A DNA stretch of 64,000 nucleotides from Klebsormidium nitens. Lineage: Eukaryota; Plantae; Klebsormidiophyceae. The notes below the pieces were generated by a model. The model ran no database searches. It saw only the letters and a program-made list of their open reading frames with translations, and had not been told where the DNA came from. Where the stretch lies: positions 912 through 64,911 of the forward strand of contig DF237441.1 in NCBI GenBank assembly GCA_000708835.1, written 5' to 3'. The position numbers and the translations under genes were made by a program. Shown in pieces: positions 61,254-64,000 of the stretch. The stretch's first letter is position 1; every line of letters starts with the position of its first letter.

Positions 61254-63200
61254 TTGCAAAGGCCGTGCATCAGCATGCGACCAAAATTGCAACGGGGCCA
61301 CCAAGCGGAGAAGGTGGCCGCAGCAGAGGATGAGGTTGGTAACTTGGAGAACCCGGGGGGAGCGCAAGTCCCGAGGGGGTCCGAACCTACAATCGACATA
61401 CTAGAGCTAGACGAGTTTGGCCTTCATGCTAACTGGGGACTAGAGGGTTATCTGTCATACGTGGAAACCCTTGCTACGCAAAACAAGTGGTCCCCAGAGA
61501 AAAAAACGGAGGCGGAAGCTCATTTTCTAGCACAATTTGCAGAGCTTCGAAGCGGGGAGCAATCTACTCCGCCAGAGACCATGCAGACAGAGGAACGGGC
61601 TCCGGAAGAAGTCCGAAAGGAGCGGCGCATTATGAGCTCAGAAGAATAACGGGCTCAGATTGACGACATTGCACGGAACAATGCTCCATTTGAGAACCCC
61701 CTCGGTCACTGAGAACCTGAGGAAGACGATCCTCAGAAAAGCGGACACTTGAATGCGGCGGGGGAAGACGATCCCGATGCGCCCACCGAATCGGAGCTGC
61801 AAGCCGAAATGACGTTCAAGCAACATGCACGAGGGGAGGAAGCGCCCGCAGAGGATGAAGAGGAAGAAGAAGGGGGGGAGCTGCAGTCGATGTTGGGAGA
61901 TCCTGGTCGGGATATGGACCCAGCAGAGCAGCACAGGAGGCACAAGGCAGCAGTAGCAAGCTTTCGAAAGACCTCGAGAGAACTTGTGACGGCCGGCAAG
62001 CAGCCTCGAAAGAAGCCGCAAAGCAAAGCAACAGGTCGAAAGCCATCAAGCGTCTGGGCCGTGGTGGGGGCCTGGTGGGGGGCAAGAAGCCGGTGGCTGA
62101 GGCGGTGGCGCTTGCAGGCAAGCCGGAGGCAGCAGGGGCCACGGGGCAGAAAAGCTCAGGGGGTGCCCAAAAAAAGAAAGTAGCACCGACGGGCGCCATT
62201 GGGAAGCCGGCAGCTGGGGAGGGGAAGCAAAAGCTCGCGATGGGAGGCAGTGGAAAGGCGGTGGTTGGAGGCAACCGGAAAACATTGGCGGCGCTCAGGC
62301 GCTGGGAGTCCGCGAAGAGGCCGCGGCGGTACAAGCCGGGCACCGTAGCGCTCAGAGAAATTAGGAAGTACCAGAAGAGCACGGACAACCTTATTCCACG
62401 AAGCACATTCGCCCGGATCGTGAAGCGCCTGTGCAACACGTGAGTCGAAACGAGAAGACCTCATGTAAGTTTTTTGATGATGTGGGCGGTCGTTTTTTTG
62501 GACTGAAAAGCTTTCTCCATGAAGTTTAATGGTTTTGAAAGCATGCGGTCTGCTTTGCTCTGGGCCCAATGATCCGATCCGGCAGCCAGCTTTCCGAAAG
62601 TGATTACTCGGACAAGACTGCGGCCGGGCCATCTCCGAAAGTAGGCGGATCATTGTGATTTTGGATTTCATGAGTGAGAACCTCTGCAACACTCGAGCCG
62701 TGGACCGGCTATTTTCCGAAAGCGGGTACATTGGCGGGGTTCCGGACATCATGCGGGAGATGAACTGGTCAATGTTCGAGCTTTGCACTGATGTCTTGAT
62801 GACTATCTTGCAGGTGGCAGGCGTCGGCGTTGGGGGCCTTGTTGGAGGCAAGTCAGGACTTTGTCGTAGGGCTGTTTGGTGACGCGATCTTCTGCCAGGC
62901 GCACGGCNNNNNNNNNNNNNNNNNNNNTTCTGCCAGGCACACGGAAACCGGAAGACTCTGATGAAAAAAGAACCGCACCTGGCGAAACGGAATCGAGGCA
63001 TCCGTAATGAGGACAACAAACTCCCACTGCAAGAGGCTGTAGAGCACGTCGTGGACCGACGTGATACCAGGGTCTATGACCCGGACCCATATAAGGTCGG
63101 ACGGTGGAAGCCCCCCAAGCAGGTAGAACGGGAGGCGCGAGAGGCACGAGTGGACAAAGAGAAGCGCGAGGCAGCGCCACAGGCTAGTTATATGCAATTT
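61254..63200 (+). pseudogene. Atypical histone H3-fold gene copy 2, divergent from copy 1 and probably disabled
   Basis: [42 protein letters not shown](+T)ESKREDL|[32 protein letters not shown][gap]NRKTLMKKEPHLAKRNR..KLPLQEAVEH..YDPD..RWKPPKQVEREAREAR. Intron 62465-62813. In-frame TAA at 61647 and TGA near 61709, a -1 indel near 62056, an extra T at 62441, and a 3' end interrupted by a MITE. Confidence 0.8.
62908..62927. other. 20-N assembly gap with overlapping but non-identical flanks
   Basis: TTCTGCCAGGCGCACGGC before the gap and TTCTGCCAGGCACACGGA after it (2 differences). Confidence 0.9.
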
Positions 63201-63202
63201 TG

Positions 63203-63782
63203 GGTTTCGCGACACCGTCGCGACGGTCGGCCAGTCGTTGGCCAACCGTTGGCCAACCGTTGGCCAACACATTGCAACAGTGTTGCAACACTGGGCGGCA
63301 GTGTCGCAACACTAAAAAGTACATTTTCGACATTCGATTTTCATACGTGGCCAATTCATAACCGCCTGCCGAGTCAAAATTTCAGACTATGAATCTAACA
63401 TCGTAGACTTGGTATATTCGATAGCCGGACGGAAAACTCGAGGGCAGGCCTCGCGAGGCCCGACGACTTCACCACTGTGAAGCTTATTGTCGAAGCATAT
63501 TGACACTGTTACCATTTAAAATTGCCCAATTGACACACTCTGCTTTAAGTTGCAGTATGTTACAGGCACCTAGGCCTGCTTAAGTCTCGAAGTAGGGAGT
63601 GTGTCTTCGAGCGGAAGTGAAACGCGGTGTAAAATCGTTTTTTGCCCCTATTTAGGGGCAAATCACTGAGCAAGTGTCGCAACAGTGTTGCGACACTTTT
63701 CGGAGTGTTGCGGAGTTGTTGGCCGACGGTCGGCCAACCGTTGGCCAACGGTTGCCCGGCGGTCGAGGGACCGTCGCGAACC
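63203..63782. mobile_element. About 580-bp MITE-like element with long imperfect TIRs built from palindromic modules
   Basis: Ends GG(T)TTCGCGAC and GTCGCGAACC. Both arms carry tandem CCGTTGGCCAA units and GTGT(T/C)GCAACA units in inverted order. No clear TSD. Confidence 0.7.
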
Positions 63783-64000
63783 TAGGGCACTACATTGACC
63801 ATCCCGTTGTCAAAAAGCGCACTTTAACTGGGTACATTTCGGGGTCCCGAACTTTCCGCTGGCTGGGGCTGGCACCGTCCGATGAGTGCCACGTATAGGG
63901 ACCGAGTCCAAGTCTGTCAGAATTGCACTTGTACACTGCGGCAGTACTTTCTCCGTCGAGTGTACTCGGAAAATTCAAGGTTACAAGAATTCACCGTCGG

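Noticed and set aside
55051-63200. Endogenous giant-virus origin for the odd histones
   Set aside because: The genes have spliceosomal introns and host-like GC content, and no viral hallmark genes are visible in the window.

Overview
Eukaryotic nuclear DNA with spliceosomal GT-AG introns. The gene content (CCCH-type TRM2, root-cap domain, PDS5/MSH6-type Tudor) points to a streptophyte green alga, Klebsormidium-like; this is inference only. From left to right: (1) a complete multi-exon tRNA m5U54 methyltransferase gene with CCCH and RRM-like domains; (2) a secreted 7-blade kelch propeller fused to a root-cap/VWD-like domain on the minus strand; (3) a repeat-rich intergenic block with a GTAC cluster and an 84-bp near-perfect palindrome; (4) a gene with two GATA-like Zn fingers, a Tudor domain and a long disordered tail, plus a decayed copy of its 3' end; (5) two inverted, decayed copies of an unknown gene, one split by a PIF/Harbinger-like MITE, flanking an intronless RRM/Zn-knuckle gene; (6) a 1.74-kb TTAA-flanked non-autonomous piggyBac-like element; (7) a head-to-head pair of very atypical histone H3-fold genes with CENH3-type diagnostic residues. 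The minus-strand H3-like copy can be spliced, with all intron phases consistent, into a ~1,100-aa protein carrying a large unknown C-terminal region. About 14 inferred single-base frameshifts, nearly all in homopolymer runs, interrupt otherwise good genes and are most likely assembly errors. There are two N gaps. No rRNA, tRNA or CRISPR array was seen. All homology calls come from reading the sequence; no database search was run.
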